Shown piece after piece: positions 36,908 through 46,480 of a stretch of 64,000 nucleotides of DNA. The position numbers were made by a program, and so were the translations under genes. Numbering within the stretch: position 1 is the first letter of the stretch; every line of letters begins with the position of its first letter. The stretch spans positions 84,120 through 148,119 of the forward strand of contig CAYTPQ010000001.1 of assembly GCA_964439835.1 (NCBI GenBank), read 5' to 3'. Source of the stretch: an uncultured Ectothiorhodospiraceae bacterium (GTDB lineage: Bacteria > Pseudomonadota > Gammaproteobacteria > JAABTG01). The notes beneath the pieces are model-generated. The model had not been told where the DNA came from and searched no databases. It saw nothing but the letters and a program-made list of their open reading frames with translations.

Positions 36908-38044
36908 GTGAGCGCGCATATCGGCCGTTTCGCCATCAAGCCCCTCGCCCTCGCCGTCATCGCCGTCGTCGCCGCCGCTGCGACCAGCGATGCCATGGCG
37001 CAGCGCCGGGGCAGCACCACCACGACCACCTCCACCACGCCCACGACCCAGGTGAATCCGTACTCTGACCCCTGGTTCGGGATCGTTTGGGGCGAACTGG
37101 GCTGGGAGCTCAGTAAAGCTCTCGACGATTGGGGCAATCCTCAGACGTATGTTTTTGAGCAGTCGGACTTCGAAAAGGACTGCTTCAGTGAATCCGGTGG
37201 TTGCACCCAAAACTTACTCAACCTCACCCTGAGTGGCACGAGCCTGAGCAGTTACTGGTGGGAGACGCAGGACGATGCCGGCACGAGTCTGACGGAGGAG
37301 TTCGAACCAGACGAAGTAGCGGACTCCACTCCGCCGGGGAACGCGCCGCCGCCAGAGAATGCCCAGGGGTTCCCCGTGGACTTCAGGTACAACCTCTTCA
37401 ACGGTGCCGAGATCCCTCAGGTGGTCGACGGGCAGTACGTCTTCAACAGCGCGGCCTTCCTGGCGGGCGAGGACGTCCCGCTAACGGTTGTCTTCGGGGG
37501 CCTACCGGGTCCGAACAGTAGTCCTTTCAGCTGGAAGGTCACCGAAGACGGCAGCCCGACAAATATTGATGGGAGCGCCTTCGGCGTCCTGACGGAGAAG
37601 ACGACCGAGTTCCTCTCGTTCATCGAGACACCTGATTCCAACAATTCTCTTGATTGCCCGGCGGGCGGCGTCGCGGTCAACAGCACTGACCCCGACCCGA
37701 ACTGCATCCTCGACCTGTACGGTATCAAGACTAGCGTCGGGGGTCTTCCGCTTCTGACCGCCCCCATCAGCACCTACGCGGTCCTCAGGTTCTCGAGTCC
37801 GGGGGTGATCGAGGGCCTCGCCTTCGTGACGAACACCTTTAGCATCGATGGCGGAGAGGGCGGCGCCCCTCTGCCGGATAACTGCGTCCCTTCCATGGGT
37901 CCGGCCAACTGCAATGGCGCAAGCAGCAGAATCGTTGGAGAAAACTTCCGTCTCGTCCCCGAGCCCGGCACGGTCGCATTGCTCGGCCTCGGCCTGGCGG
38001 GTCTCGGCGTCGCGCGGCGTCGGCGCACGGTCGCGGATCGCTGA
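36908..38044 (+). CDS. Secreted PEP-CTERM sorting-domain protein (paralog 2).
   Basis: Signal peptide. Shares STTTTTSTTPTTQVNPYSDPW and ILDLY motifs with paralog 1. C-terminal VPEPGTVALLGLGLAGLGVARRRR is PEP-CTERM. The start is ambiguous: GTG 36908, or ATG 36875 / 36836. Confidence 0.7.
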   Translation: MSAHIGRFAIKPLALAVIAVVAAAATSDAMAQRRGSTTTTTSTTPTTQVNPYSDPWFGIVWGELGWELSKALDDWGNPQTYVFEQSDFEKDCFSESGGCTQNLLNLTLSGTSLSSYWWETQDDAGTSLTEEFEPDEVADSTPPGNAPPPENAQGFPVDFRYNLFNGAEIPQVVDGQYVFNSAAFLAGEDVPLTVVFGGLPGPNSSPFSWKVTEDGSPTNIDGSAFGVLTEKTTEFLSFIETPDSNNSLDCPAGGVAVNSTDPDPNCILDLYGIKTSVGGLPLLTAPISTYAVLRFSSPGVIEGLAFVTNTFSIDGGEGGAPLPDNCVPSMGPANCNGASSRIVGENFRLVPEPGTVALLGLGLAGLGVARRRRTVADR

Positions 38045-38297
38045 GCTCGCGGGCGCCCTGCGCCGCAGTTGCATCTGACGGCCCTGGCCGAGTTACCCCT
38101 CGGCCGGGGCCTTTGTATTTCCGCCCCTCGCGGCTCTTCTCATCGCTCACTGATTAGTCTATGTTGAGTCCCTGACCCGGCTGTCCCGCGGAGTTTTCAG
38201 TAGCCGGGGCGCGGTTCTCCGAGACGTGCCATGGGGCCAGCGCGGTCGGGTGTCGCGACCGATGTGACGCCGGTGCAACGGCCAACGGGGAACCGCG

Positions 38298-41200
38298 GTG
38301 GGGGGAGAAAGCGTGCGGCGAGAGAGAGGCCGACCCGTTCGGGGCGGGCGAACCAGTACGGGCTGGCGGCGTTCGACCCTCGCCGGTCTGGTGTTGACCC
38401 TGGGTTCGGGGTTTCCGGGCGCAGGCCAGGCGCAGGCGCCAATCGTCCGTGACGGCACCGTCGGCCCTGCCGGGCCAGTCAACGCCGCCGGGGGCGTCTA
38501 CACCATACCCGCCAGCGACGGCACCTCGGCCGGCGCGAACCTCTTCCACAGCTTTTCCAACTTCAATGTCCCCGCCGCAACGACCGTGCAGTTCACGGAC
38601 ACGGGCGCGCCGAGCGCGGTCGCGAACGTGATCAGCCGCGTAACCGGCAGCAACCAGACCCGCATCGAGGGCACCCTCTCCAACATCCCCGGCGCCAACT
38701 TCTATCTCCTGAACCCGCGCGGGGTCTTCATCGGTGAGAACGCCTTCATCGACGTCTCGGGCTCGTTCCACGTCTCGAGCGGCGACTACATCCGCTTCGG
38801 CGACGGCGGGCGCTTCTACGCTGACCCGGCACGGGTGAGCACCTTCTCGACCGCGGAGCCGGCGGCGTTCGGCTTCCTGGGCGGAAATCCATCGGGTGGG
38901 ACGCGCGGCACGATCGAGGTGTCGGGCAGCCCCTTCGACGCCGGCTTCGGCTTCGGCATCCACGTCATCCCCGACGGCCAGGCCTGGTCCTTCGTCGGCG
39001 GCGACGTGCGCATCGGATGGGGCGACACCCAGCTCGCCTACCTGTTCAGCTGGGCAGGGCGCGTGAACCTGGTGAGCGTCGCCTCCGCGGGCGAGGTGCA
39101 GCTGACGCCGACCGGCGTCACGCTGGACGGGGTGAGCGCGCTGGGTCGCGTCGACATCGTCGAGGGCAGCTCGTTCGACGTGCGCGACATCTACATCCGG
39201 GCGGGGACGCTGAACATCGACGACTCGTACCTGGCGTCCGGGGTCTTCACCGACACCGAGGGAGTCATCGACGTGGCCGTCACGGGCGACGCCACCATCG
39301 GCGGAGCCGGCGGATTCTGGGAGGCGGGCTTCTTCTCGGCGGCCGGCGCGGAGTTCGGCGGATTCGGCCCCGGTGCGCCGATCCGGCTCGCCGTGAGCGG
39401 AACGCTTGCCGTCGACGGCATCGGCAGCGTGCAGACGCTGAACCGCAGCTTCGGCACCGAGAACGCGGGCGCCGTCGACATCGTCGCCGGCACGGTGGAG
39501 ATCCGGAACGGCGGCTTCGTCGTCAGCCGCAACGACGCAGGCTCGGGTACCGGCGGGGCGCTGCGGATCGAGTCCCAAACCCTGCGACTCTCGGGGGACG
39601 GACCGCGCTCCGCCTCCGCCCCCGACTTCTTCGCCTTCGACGCCACGCCTGGCATCGCCGCCTACACCACCAACGGAGCGGACGCCGGTAGCGTAAGCGT
39701 CACCTCCAGCTTGCTGGAAGTGCTGGGCGGCGCCGAGGTGAGCGCCCGCACGTTCGGCGCCGGCCGGGGCGGTGACCTGACCATCGACGTGACCGAGGTT
39801 CGAGTGTCCCGCGGCGGCGCGGCCGCCGGCGGCATCGCGGCCGAATCGATCGGCACCCAGCCCGGGGGAGGGGTCATCCCGACGGGGGACGCTGGCAATC
39901 TGGTCATCCGCGCCGCACGGCTCTCGCTGCTCGACGACAACGCCCAGGTCAGCGCCAGCACCAACTCGACCGGGCGCGCCGGCGCGGTCACCATCACCGC
40001 GACAGAGTCGGTCACGACTGCGGGCCGCAACAGCGGAGTCTTCAGCAGTACCCGGGGCAAAGCCGCCGAGATCGGCGCGCAGCCGGGCGACGCGGGTAAC
40101 GTCGCCATCACCACGCCACTGCTCCGGATGGACGGGCCCGGGCGCATCGAGGCGGCCACCAGCGGTGACGGCAGTGCGGGGTCCGTGCTCCTGGACGTGG
40201 GCCGCCTGGAGCTCCTGGGTGGCGCCCAGGTGCGGTCGTTCAGCGGCCAGGTGCTGCCGGGCGCGTCGGCGCCGGACGTCGGCCTCGGCAACGCCGGCAC
40301 CGTCAGCGTCAGGGCGAGCGAGTCCGCTTCCCTCTCCGGCGTCAGCGAGACCGGGGCGCCGACCTCGCTCTCCAGTCAGACCCGCGGCCCGGGCGCCGGC
40401 GGGCAGGTCGAGGTCTACACCCCGCTCCTGACGCTGGCCGACGGGGCGCTCATCGGCGCCGACACCGGCGGCGACGGCGACGCGGGGGCGGTCTACGTCG
40501 AGGTCGACCGCGCAACCCTGTCGGGCGGCGCGCGGATCAGCAGCGACAGCGGTATCACGGTGGGCGGTCTCGACCTGCTGGGGACGGGCGAGGGCGGCGG
40601 CGTCACCCTGGTCGCGCGGGAGAGCGCCAGTCTGAGCGGTAGCGGTACCCGTGTCTCGACCCGGACCCAGGGAGCCGGGTCGGGCGGAGTGGTAACCCTT
40701 CAGGCCGGCGCCATTGACCTCGCGGGCGGCGCGGTAATCGCGTCCGACACCTCCGGCACGGGAGACGCGGGCGCGGTCTTGCTCTACGGAGACACGACTC
40801 GCCTGAGCGGCAGCGGGACGCGCGTTTCGACCGAGACGCGCGGCACCGGCGCCGGCGGAGGCGTGCTGATCGCGGGACCGAGTCTGCAGTTGCAGGGCGG
40901 GGCGGTCGTCAGCGCCGAGACCTTCGGCACCGGCAACGCCGGCGCGGTGGTCTTGGAGGGCGGCAACGTTGCGCTCGCCGGCAGCGGGACGCGCGTCTCC
41001 ACCGGCACCAGCGGCCCCGGACGCGGCGGCGACGTCGAGATCTCCGGCGAGCAGCTGTCGATTACGAGCGGCGCGTCGGTATCCGCCAGCAGCACCGGCA
41101 CCGGCCTCGCGGGCAACATCACCATCCGCCTCGGGGACAGCCTGACCATGCAGGGCGGGAGCGTGACGACGCAGGCCGTCACCTCGGACGGCGGCAACAT

Positions 41201-41738
41201 CACCATCACAGCGCCGCGGCTCATCCACCTGCGGGACAGCCAGATCACCACGTCGGTCGAAAGCGGGACGGGCGGGGGCGGCAACATCTTCATCGACCCG
41301 CAGTTCGTGGTGCTCCAGAACAGCCAGATCATCGCCAACGCCTTCGGCGGGCCGGGCGGCAACATCCGGATCGTCGCCGGGCAGCTGATCGCCGACCCCT
41401 CGACCCTCATCTCGGCCTCGTCGGCCCTCGGCATCGACGGCACCGTGAACATCGACGCCCCCGACACCAACGTCAGCTCCGCCCTGGTGGCTCTGCCCGA
41501 GTCCTACCTGGACGCCTCGAGCCTGCTGCAGCCGAGCTGCGGGGCGGCGCGCGCGGGCTTGAGCAGCCTGGTCGAGGTGGGCCGCGGCGGCCTGCCGCCG
41601 GACCCGGACGGGTATCTCTGGAGCGTGGACGTGGACACGAAGACCGTCGCCCCGGCCAGCCGCCGGACCGCCGCCCGCGCCGCGGCGAACCCCTTCGAGG
41701 GCGCCCTCGCCTTCGCCGGCCAGGGGTGCCGGCGGTGA
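38298..41738 (+). CDS. TpsA exoprotein: N-terminal TPS/haemagglutination-activity domain, long right-handed beta-helix repeat region, distinct C-terminal domain.
   Basis: TPS-domain motifs NLFHSFSNFNV and NPRGVFIGENAFIDVSG. Degenerate GAG...SG(S/T)... repeats throughout. A conserved C-terminal block of about 150 aa (NIFIDPQFVVLQNSQIIANAFGGPGGNIRI...). Confidence 0.85.
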   Translation: MGGESVRRERGRPVRGGRTSTGWRRSTLAGLVLTLGSGFPGAGQAQAPIVRDGTVGPAGPVNAAGGVYTIPASDGTSAGANLFHSFSNFNVPAATTVQFTDTGAPSAVANVISRVTGSNQTRIEGTLSNIPGANFYLLNPRGVFIGENAFIDVSGSFHVSSGDYIRFGDGGRFYADPARVSTFSTAEPAAFGFLGGNPSGGTRGTIEVSGSPFDAGFGFGIHVIPDGQAWSFVGGDVRIGWGDTQLAYLFSWAGRVNLVSVASAGEVQLTPTGVTLDGVSALGRVDIVEGSSFDVRDIYIRAGTLNIDDSYLASGVFTDTEGVIDVAVTGDATIGGAGGFWEAGFFSAAGAEFGGFGPGAPIRLAVSGTLAVDGIGSVQTLNRSFGTENAGAVDIVAGTVEIRNGGFVVSRNDAGSGTGGALRIESQTLRLSGDGPRSASAPDFFAFDATPGIAAYTTNGADAGSVSVTSSLLEVLGGAEVSARTFGAGRGGDLTIDVTEVRVSRGGAAAGGIAAESIGTQPGGGVIPTGDAGNLVIRAARLSLLDDNAQVSASTNSTGRAGAVTITATESVTTAGRNSGVFSSTRGKAAEIGAQPGDAGNVAITTPLLRMDGPGRIEAATSGDGSAGSVLLDVGRLELLGGAQVRSFSGQVLPGASAPDVGLGNAGTVSVRASESASLSGVSETGAPTSLSSQTRGPGAGGQVEVYTPLLTLADGALIGADTGGDGDAGAVYVEVDRATLSGGARISSDSGITVGGLDLLGTGEGGGVTLVARESASLSGSGTRVSTRTQGAGSGGVVTLQAGAIDLAGGAVIASDTSGTGDAGAVLLYGDTTRLSGSGTRVSTETRGTGAGGGVLIAGPSLQLQGGAVVSAETFGTGNAGAVVLEGGNVALAGSGTRVSTGTSGPGRGGDVEISGEQLSITSGASVSASSTGTGLAGNITIRLGDSLTMQGGSVTTQAVTSDGGNITITAPRLIHLRDSQITTSVESGTGGGGNIFIDPQFVVLQNSQIIANAFGGPGGNIRIVAGQLIADPSTLISASSALGIDGTVNIDAPDTNVSSALVALPESYLDASSLLQPSCGAARAGLSSLVEVGRGGLPPDPDGYLWSVDVDTKTVAPASRRTAARAAANPFEGALAFAGQGCRR

Positions 41739-43510
41739 GGCCCCCCGGTCCCGGTACGCCGGCCGGGTTGAGCACGCCTGAATTCAGGGCAACCCGGCTG
41801 GCCGCGGCCCTGGCGCTGACGCTGGCATCCACCAGCACGCCGGCCCAGCAGTTCGGCGTGCCCGACGTGCCCATCGGCGCCCCGGGCGCCCGGCAGCTGG
41901 AGGACTTCGGCGAGCGGGCCCTGCCCCGCCCGGGCTTCGCCCCCGGCAAGGCGCCAAGCGTCGGCGTGCCGCGACCGGCCGCCCCGGCAGCAGGCGAGCG
42001 GGCCCCGGGTGGGCCGCGGATCCTGCTCCGCGAGGTCCGGGTCACCGGCAACACGGTGCTGCCGGAGGAAGACCTGCGGGCCGTGACCGCCCCCTACGTC
42101 GGCCGCCAAGTCAGTAGCGAGGACCTGGAGACCCTGCGCCTGGCGCTGACCCGGCTCTACGTCGACCGCGGCTACATCAACTCCGGCGCGGTGATCCCCG
42201 ACCAGAAGGTCACCGAAGGCGTGGTCGAGGTCCGGATCGTCGAGGGGCGGCTGACGGACATCCAGGTCACCGGCAACCAGCGGCTCGACAGCGACTACGT
42301 GAGCGACCGCCTGGCGCTCGGCGCCGGCCCGCCGCTCAACGTCAAGGGCGTGCAGGAGCAGCTGCAGATCCTGCTCCAGGGGCCGTTCATCCAGCGCATC
42401 AACGCCGAGCTGGAGCCGGGCGACCGGCCGGGCGAGGCGCGCCTGCGGGCGCAGGTCGAGGAGGCCCCTCCGGTGCGGCTCTCGGTCGGCACCGACACCG
42501 ACCTCTCGCCGGCCCTCGGCGAGGCGCGTGCGGTGGTGCGCGGCCAGGCCTTCAGCCCGCTCGGGCGCGGCGACGTGCTGACCGGCGAGGTCGCGGTCGC
42601 GAGCGGCCTGCAAGACTACATCCTCAACTACGCCGTCCCCCTGAACGCCCGGGACCTGACCCTGGACGTCTTCGGCGAGTGGACCTCCTCCAAGGTGGTG
42701 CGCGGCGAGTTGCAGGACCTGGACATCCGGGCCGAGAGCTCGACCCTCGCCTTCCGCCTGAGCCAGCCGGTCTACCGCACCAGCCAGGAGCAGCTCACGC
42801 TGGCCGCCGGGCTAGATCTGCGGCAGAGCACCACCTGGCTGCTGGACGAGCGCTTCGCCTTCTCGCCGGGGGTGGAGTCCGACGGCGAGAGCCACGTCAC
42901 CGTGCTGCGCTTCGTCGCCGACTGGGTGACCCGCAGCCGCAGCCAGGTGCTGGCGGCACGCTCGACGCTGAGCTGGGGCATCGACGCCTTCGGCGCCACG
43001 GACAACTCCGGCGGCCTGCCGGACGGGCAGTTCGTGGCCTGGCTCGGCCAGTTCCAGTGGGCGCGCCGGCTGGGCGAGACCGACAGCCAGCTGGTGTTCC
43101 GCTTCGACGGCCAGCTGACCTCCCACCCCCTGCTGCCGCTGGAGCAGTTCGCGGTCGGCGGGCTCACCAGCGTGCGCGGCTACCGGACCAACGAGATCGT
43201 CCGCGACCGGGGCTACATCGCCTCGCTGGAGCTGCGGGTACCGGTGCTGCGGCGCGAGGACGGCAACCCGATGCTCCAGATCGTGCCCTTCGTCGACGCC
43301 GGCGGCGCCTGGTACAAGGGCTACAGCACGCCCGACCCGAACCGCATCACCAGCGCCGGCCTCGGCCTGCGCTGGGACCCGGCCCCGCCGGTGCACGCCG
43401 AGGTCTACTACGGCCAGAACTTCCAGGGCAAGGGCATCCCCGACGACCCGAGCGGCCTGCAGAACACCGGCTGGAGCTTCTTGCTCACCGCCGACCTGCT
43501 GACTTGGTAG
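41726..43510 (+). CDS. ShlB/FhaC/HecB-family TpsB outer-membrane transporter (POTRA domains plus 16-strand barrel).
   Basis: The GTG start overlaps the tpsA stop. POTRA region ILLREVRVTGNTVLPEEDLRAVTAPYVGRQVSSEDLETLRLALTRLY. The C-terminal beta-barrel ends ...LTADLLTW (aromatic terminus). Confidence 0.85.
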   Translation: MPAVRPPGPGTPAGLSTPEFRATRLAAALALTLASTSTPAQQFGVPDVPIGAPGARQLEDFGERALPRPGFAPGKAPSVGVPRPAAPAAGERAPGGPRILLREVRVTGNTVLPEEDLRAVTAPYVGRQVSSEDLETLRLALTRLYVDRGYINSGAVIPDQKVTEGVVEVRIVEGRLTDIQVTGNQRLDSDYVSDRLALGAGPPLNVKGVQEQLQILLQGPFIQRINAELEPGDRPGEARLRAQVEEAPPVRLSVGTDTDLSPALGEARAVVRGQAFSPLGRGDVLTGEVAVASGLQDYILNYAVPLNARDLTLDVFGEWTSSKVVRGELQDLDIRAESSTLAFRLSQPVYRTSQEQLTLAAGLDLRQSTTWLLDERFAFSPGVESDGESHVTVLRFVADWVTRSRSQVLAARSTLSWGIDAFGATDNSGGLPDGQFVAWLGQFQWARRLGETDSQLVFRFDGQLTSHPLLPLEQFAVGGLTSVRGYRTNEIVRDRGYIASLELRVPVLRREDGNPMLQIVPFVDAGGAWYKGYSTPDPNRITSAGLGLRWDPAPPVHAEVYYGQNFQGKGIPDDPSGLQNTGWSFLLTADLLTW

Positions 43511-43658
43511 CCGGCTACGCTGGCCGTCGCGCCGTGTGCGGCTGAAGGCGCACCTTCGTAATCCGATAGCACCGGCTTGTGGGGCCGGATTCAGCCGGCC
43601 ATGGGTCCGCTGCACGTGTCAGGCGGGCGGAAGCCGGCCCTACCACGGCCCCCCCCCA

Positions 43659-44072
43659 TCATCGCCGCCTGCGCTTGAGCTGGAACGTGCTCATCGCGGG
43701 CACTAGGTCGGCGTAGGGCACGGCGCCGGGGTTGCGGTATCGGGCCACTGCCGCCTCGACCAGGGAGCCGACGTCCGCGACGGCGCCGGAGCCTGTCGCT
43801 CCGGGGTCGACCAGCTGCTGCAGCCCCAGCAGCCCACCCATCTGCACCTTCATCCCCACCCCGTGGGGCAGCTCGGTCAGGTCGTCCGTGTAGCCGAGAG
43901 CCGGCAAGCCAACCTCCTTGAGCCGGGCGAGCACCTCGACGCAGAGGCCATGGGTCTCGGGCGCGTGGCAGGCGATGTCGGGGCCCTCGCGCCGGGTAAC
44001 GACCTCGGCGTGCCGGCAGCCGAAGTCCCCGGGCAGAAGCGCCTGGCGAAATGGGCAACGCAGGTCTTCCAT
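43659..44072 (-). CDS. Small hypothetical Cys-containing protein, co-oriented 13 nt downstream of the CHAT gene.
   Basis: 137 aa with four Cys (CPFRQALLPGDFGC, IACHAPETHGLC). Weak RBS. No domain recognised. Likely co-transcribed with CHAT. Confidence 0.4.
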   Translation of the reverse strand: MEDLRCPFRQALLPGDFGCRHAEVVTRREGPDIACHAPETHGLCVEVLARLKEVGLPALGYTDDLTELPHGVGMKVQMGGLLGLQQLVDPGATGSGAVADVGSLVEAAVARYRNPGAVPYADLVPAMSTFQLKRRRR

Positions 44073-44084
44073 GGTTTTGCCCCG

Positions 44085-46367
44085 CTACAGCCAGTTGCCG
44101 ATCAGCAGGAACGGTCCCCAGTAGGCCGGGTGGGCGTAGCGGCGGTCGGCCATCAGGGCGAGCTGGGCCTGGCGCAGGGCCTGGCCCTTGCCGACCGAGC
44201 CTTCCTGCAGGCGGGCGTAGAAGTCCGAGATCAGCAGCGAAGAGGCCTGGTCGCTCACGTACCAGAGGGTCGCCACCGCGCTGCGGGCCCCCGCCTTCAC
44301 CGCGACGCCCGCTAGCCCCAGCGCCGCCCGGTCGTCACCGGCGGCGGTGCGGCAGGCGCTCAGGGTCAACAGCTCCACCGGCTGGTCCCGGTAGGCGGTG
44401 CCGCCGAGCTGGGCTTCCAGATCATTCAGCGTGATCCGCCCGTCGTAGGTCAGCAGGAAGGTGTCCTCCACCTCGCGCCCGAACTCCCCGTGGGAGGCCA
44501 CGTGGACGATCGAGTAGGGGCGGCGCTCCAGCTCGGAGGCGAAGGGCTCCTCGCGGAAGGCGTTGTTCTTCAACACGGTGGTGGGAAAGCGCGCGCGCAG
44601 GGCCTCGATCTCGGCGCCGACCGCGGGCAGGGCCGGGAAGCCCTGCACGGCGTCGGTGAGCCCTCCGACGAGGATCCGGGCCTCCCGGGCGGCGAGCGGC
44701 CGGGGGTCGGTCAGCGTCAGGCCGGGGGAGGTGGCCACCACATACCGGCTCACCAGGAACTCCTGGCCGTCGTGCAGGACCGTCAGCGGCACGGTGCGCA
44801 GCACGCCGTCCGGCACGTACACGAGGGTGTCTATCCCTGCCGCCGCCAGGTCTGCCTGGACCGGCCGTACCAGCCAGTCGTAGACCTGCTGGGCCGGCCG
44901 CAGGAACTCGCGGGTGGTACGCTTCTCGAGGCCGCGGCGCAGGGCGGACACCGCCGCCTCCAGGTCACGGGCCGCGACCGGGCTCTGGTACAGCCGCAGG
45001 CCGTCCGGGAACCCCACCAGGACCGCTAGCTGGTCCGGCAGGACGATGGGGTACAGGACCGCGGTCTTCGCCGCGACCGACTCGACCCCGCTCGTCTTGG
45101 AGCGCAGGGCCGCCACGCAGTCATCCTGGAAGTAGTCCTCCAGCTCCGCGTTCTTCAGGCGCTCCACCGTGTCCCGCGCCTCGCGCAGGCCGGCCTGCGC
45201 GGCGGCCGGGTCGCGCGCCGCGGCAGCCTGCACCAGCAGCAGATCGGTGAGCTCCAGGTAGACCGGCCCCGCCTGCTCCCGGAACGAGGTCGGACGGGCG
45301 TGCCGGCCCACGGTGAGATCCGGGCGGATGCCGTCGAGTGTCGCAGTGGCGAGCCGGTAGGCGGTCAGCGCCCCCTCGGGGTCGCCCAACTGGCGCAGCA
45401 GGCGCCCGGTCTGCCACTGCCAGCGGTACAGGCTCTCGGGGGCGGCGGCCTCCTGCGCGGCCCGGGCCGCCTCACGGCTCAAGGCCAGCGCCCGCTCGGG
45501 GTCCCCGTTGGCCTGGTACAGCGCGCCCTGGTAACCCAGGGCGTAGGAGAGGGTCCGATCGTCGCCGATTGCCTGCGCGGTGCGGGCGGCGTCCTCGAGC
45601 GCGGCCAGGGCCTGCCGGCGCGGCGCCTCGCCGGCCCGACCCGCGGGGGCGCCGGCCGCGTGCAGCCGGCCGATGCTCACCAGGGTGGCCGCCCGGGCGT
45701 GGGAGTCCGGAAGCGAACGGGCCAGCACGCCCGCCTCGGCCAGCGCGGCGGCAGATTCCCGGGCCTGCCCGGCGTCGCGCAGGGCGCGCGCCAGGTTGGC
45801 GGCGGCGCGGGCGGCCAGGGCCGCGTCGCCCGCCGCGCGGGCCGCGCTCAGGCTATCGCGGTACAGGGAGGCGGCCTTGCGCGCGTCGCCTTCACCCGCG
45901 GCGATGCCCGCCAGGTCGTTCGCAGCCCGGGCCGCCTGGGCGGGGTCCCCGCCCTCCCGAGCGAGCCGGAGCGCCTGGTCGAGGGCCTCCCGGCCCTGTC
46001 GCAGCTCGCCGCCGAGGACCAGGGCGTTGCCGAGGCCGGCGGTGGCGCGCGCCACCAGCGCCGCGTCCCCGGCCTCGCGCGCCAGGGCGAGCGCACGGGA
46101 CAGCCGCTCGGCCGCCAGGGAGGGGCGGCCGAGGGCGAGGTACGCGTTGCCCGCCCCGAGCTGCGCGCGCGCCTGGCCGGCGACGTCCCCGCCCTGCTCC
46201 GCCTGCCGCAGCGCCTGCTCCCAGCCCGCCAGGGCGTCTTCGAAGCGACCGGCCTGGAAGGAGGCGTCGGGCGCGTCCGCAGGAGACCCGCCCGAGTCCG
46301 CCGGCGCGAGGACCGACAGGGCCAGTAGGGCGAGCACGACGGCCGGCGTGGCGAAGGGTATCCGCAT
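44085..46367 (-). CDS. TPR-repeat plus CHAT-domain (caspase-like) protease with an N-terminal signal peptide.
   Basis: Signal peptide. About 8 TPR-like repeats (...LGNALVLGG...). The C-terminal CHAT domain has a His/Cys dyad (HVASHGEF, LLTLSACRTAAG). Confidence 0.85.
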   Translation of the reverse strand: MRIPFATPAVVLALLALSVLAPADSGGSPADAPDASFQAGRFEDALAGWEQALRQAEQGGDVAGQARAQLGAGNAYLALGRPSLAAERLSRALALAREAGDAALVARATAGLGNALVLGGELRQGREALDQALRLAREGGDPAQAARAANDLAGIAAGEGDARKAASLYRDSLSAARAAGDAALAARAAANLARALRDAGQARESAAALAEAGVLARSLPDSHARAATLVSIGRLHAAGAPAGRAGEAPRRQALAALEDAARTAQAIGDDRTLSYALGYQGALYQANGDPERALALSREAARAAQEAAAPESLYRWQWQTGRLLRQLGDPEGALTAYRLATATLDGIRPDLTVGRHARPTSFREQAGPVYLELTDLLLVQAAAARDPAAAQAGLREARDTVERLKNAELEDYFQDDCVAALRSKTSGVESVAAKTAVLYPIVLPDQLAVLVGFPDGLRLYQSPVAARDLEAAVSALRRGLEKRTTREFLRPAQQVYDWLVRPVQADLAAAGIDTLVYVPDGVLRTVPLTVLHDGQEFLVSRYVVATSPGLTLTDPRPLAAREARILVGGLTDAVQGFPALPAVGAEIEALRARFPTTVLKNNAFREEPFASELERRPYSIVHVASHGEFGREVEDTFLLTYDGRITLNDLEAQLGGTAYRDQPVELLTLSACRTAAGDDRAALGLAGVAVKAGARSAVATLWYVSDQASSLLISDFYARLQEGSVGKGQALRQAQLALMADRRYAHPAYWGPFLLIGNWL

Positions 46368-46480
46368 CCCAGTGGTCTCCCGTGCGGGGGGACACCTGCG
46401 CCGCGCCGAGTCTCCTACGGGAGACGGGGCTCGGGGCAGGCGCCCGGACAGTTAACGCACGATAACAGGGGTACAGCGCC

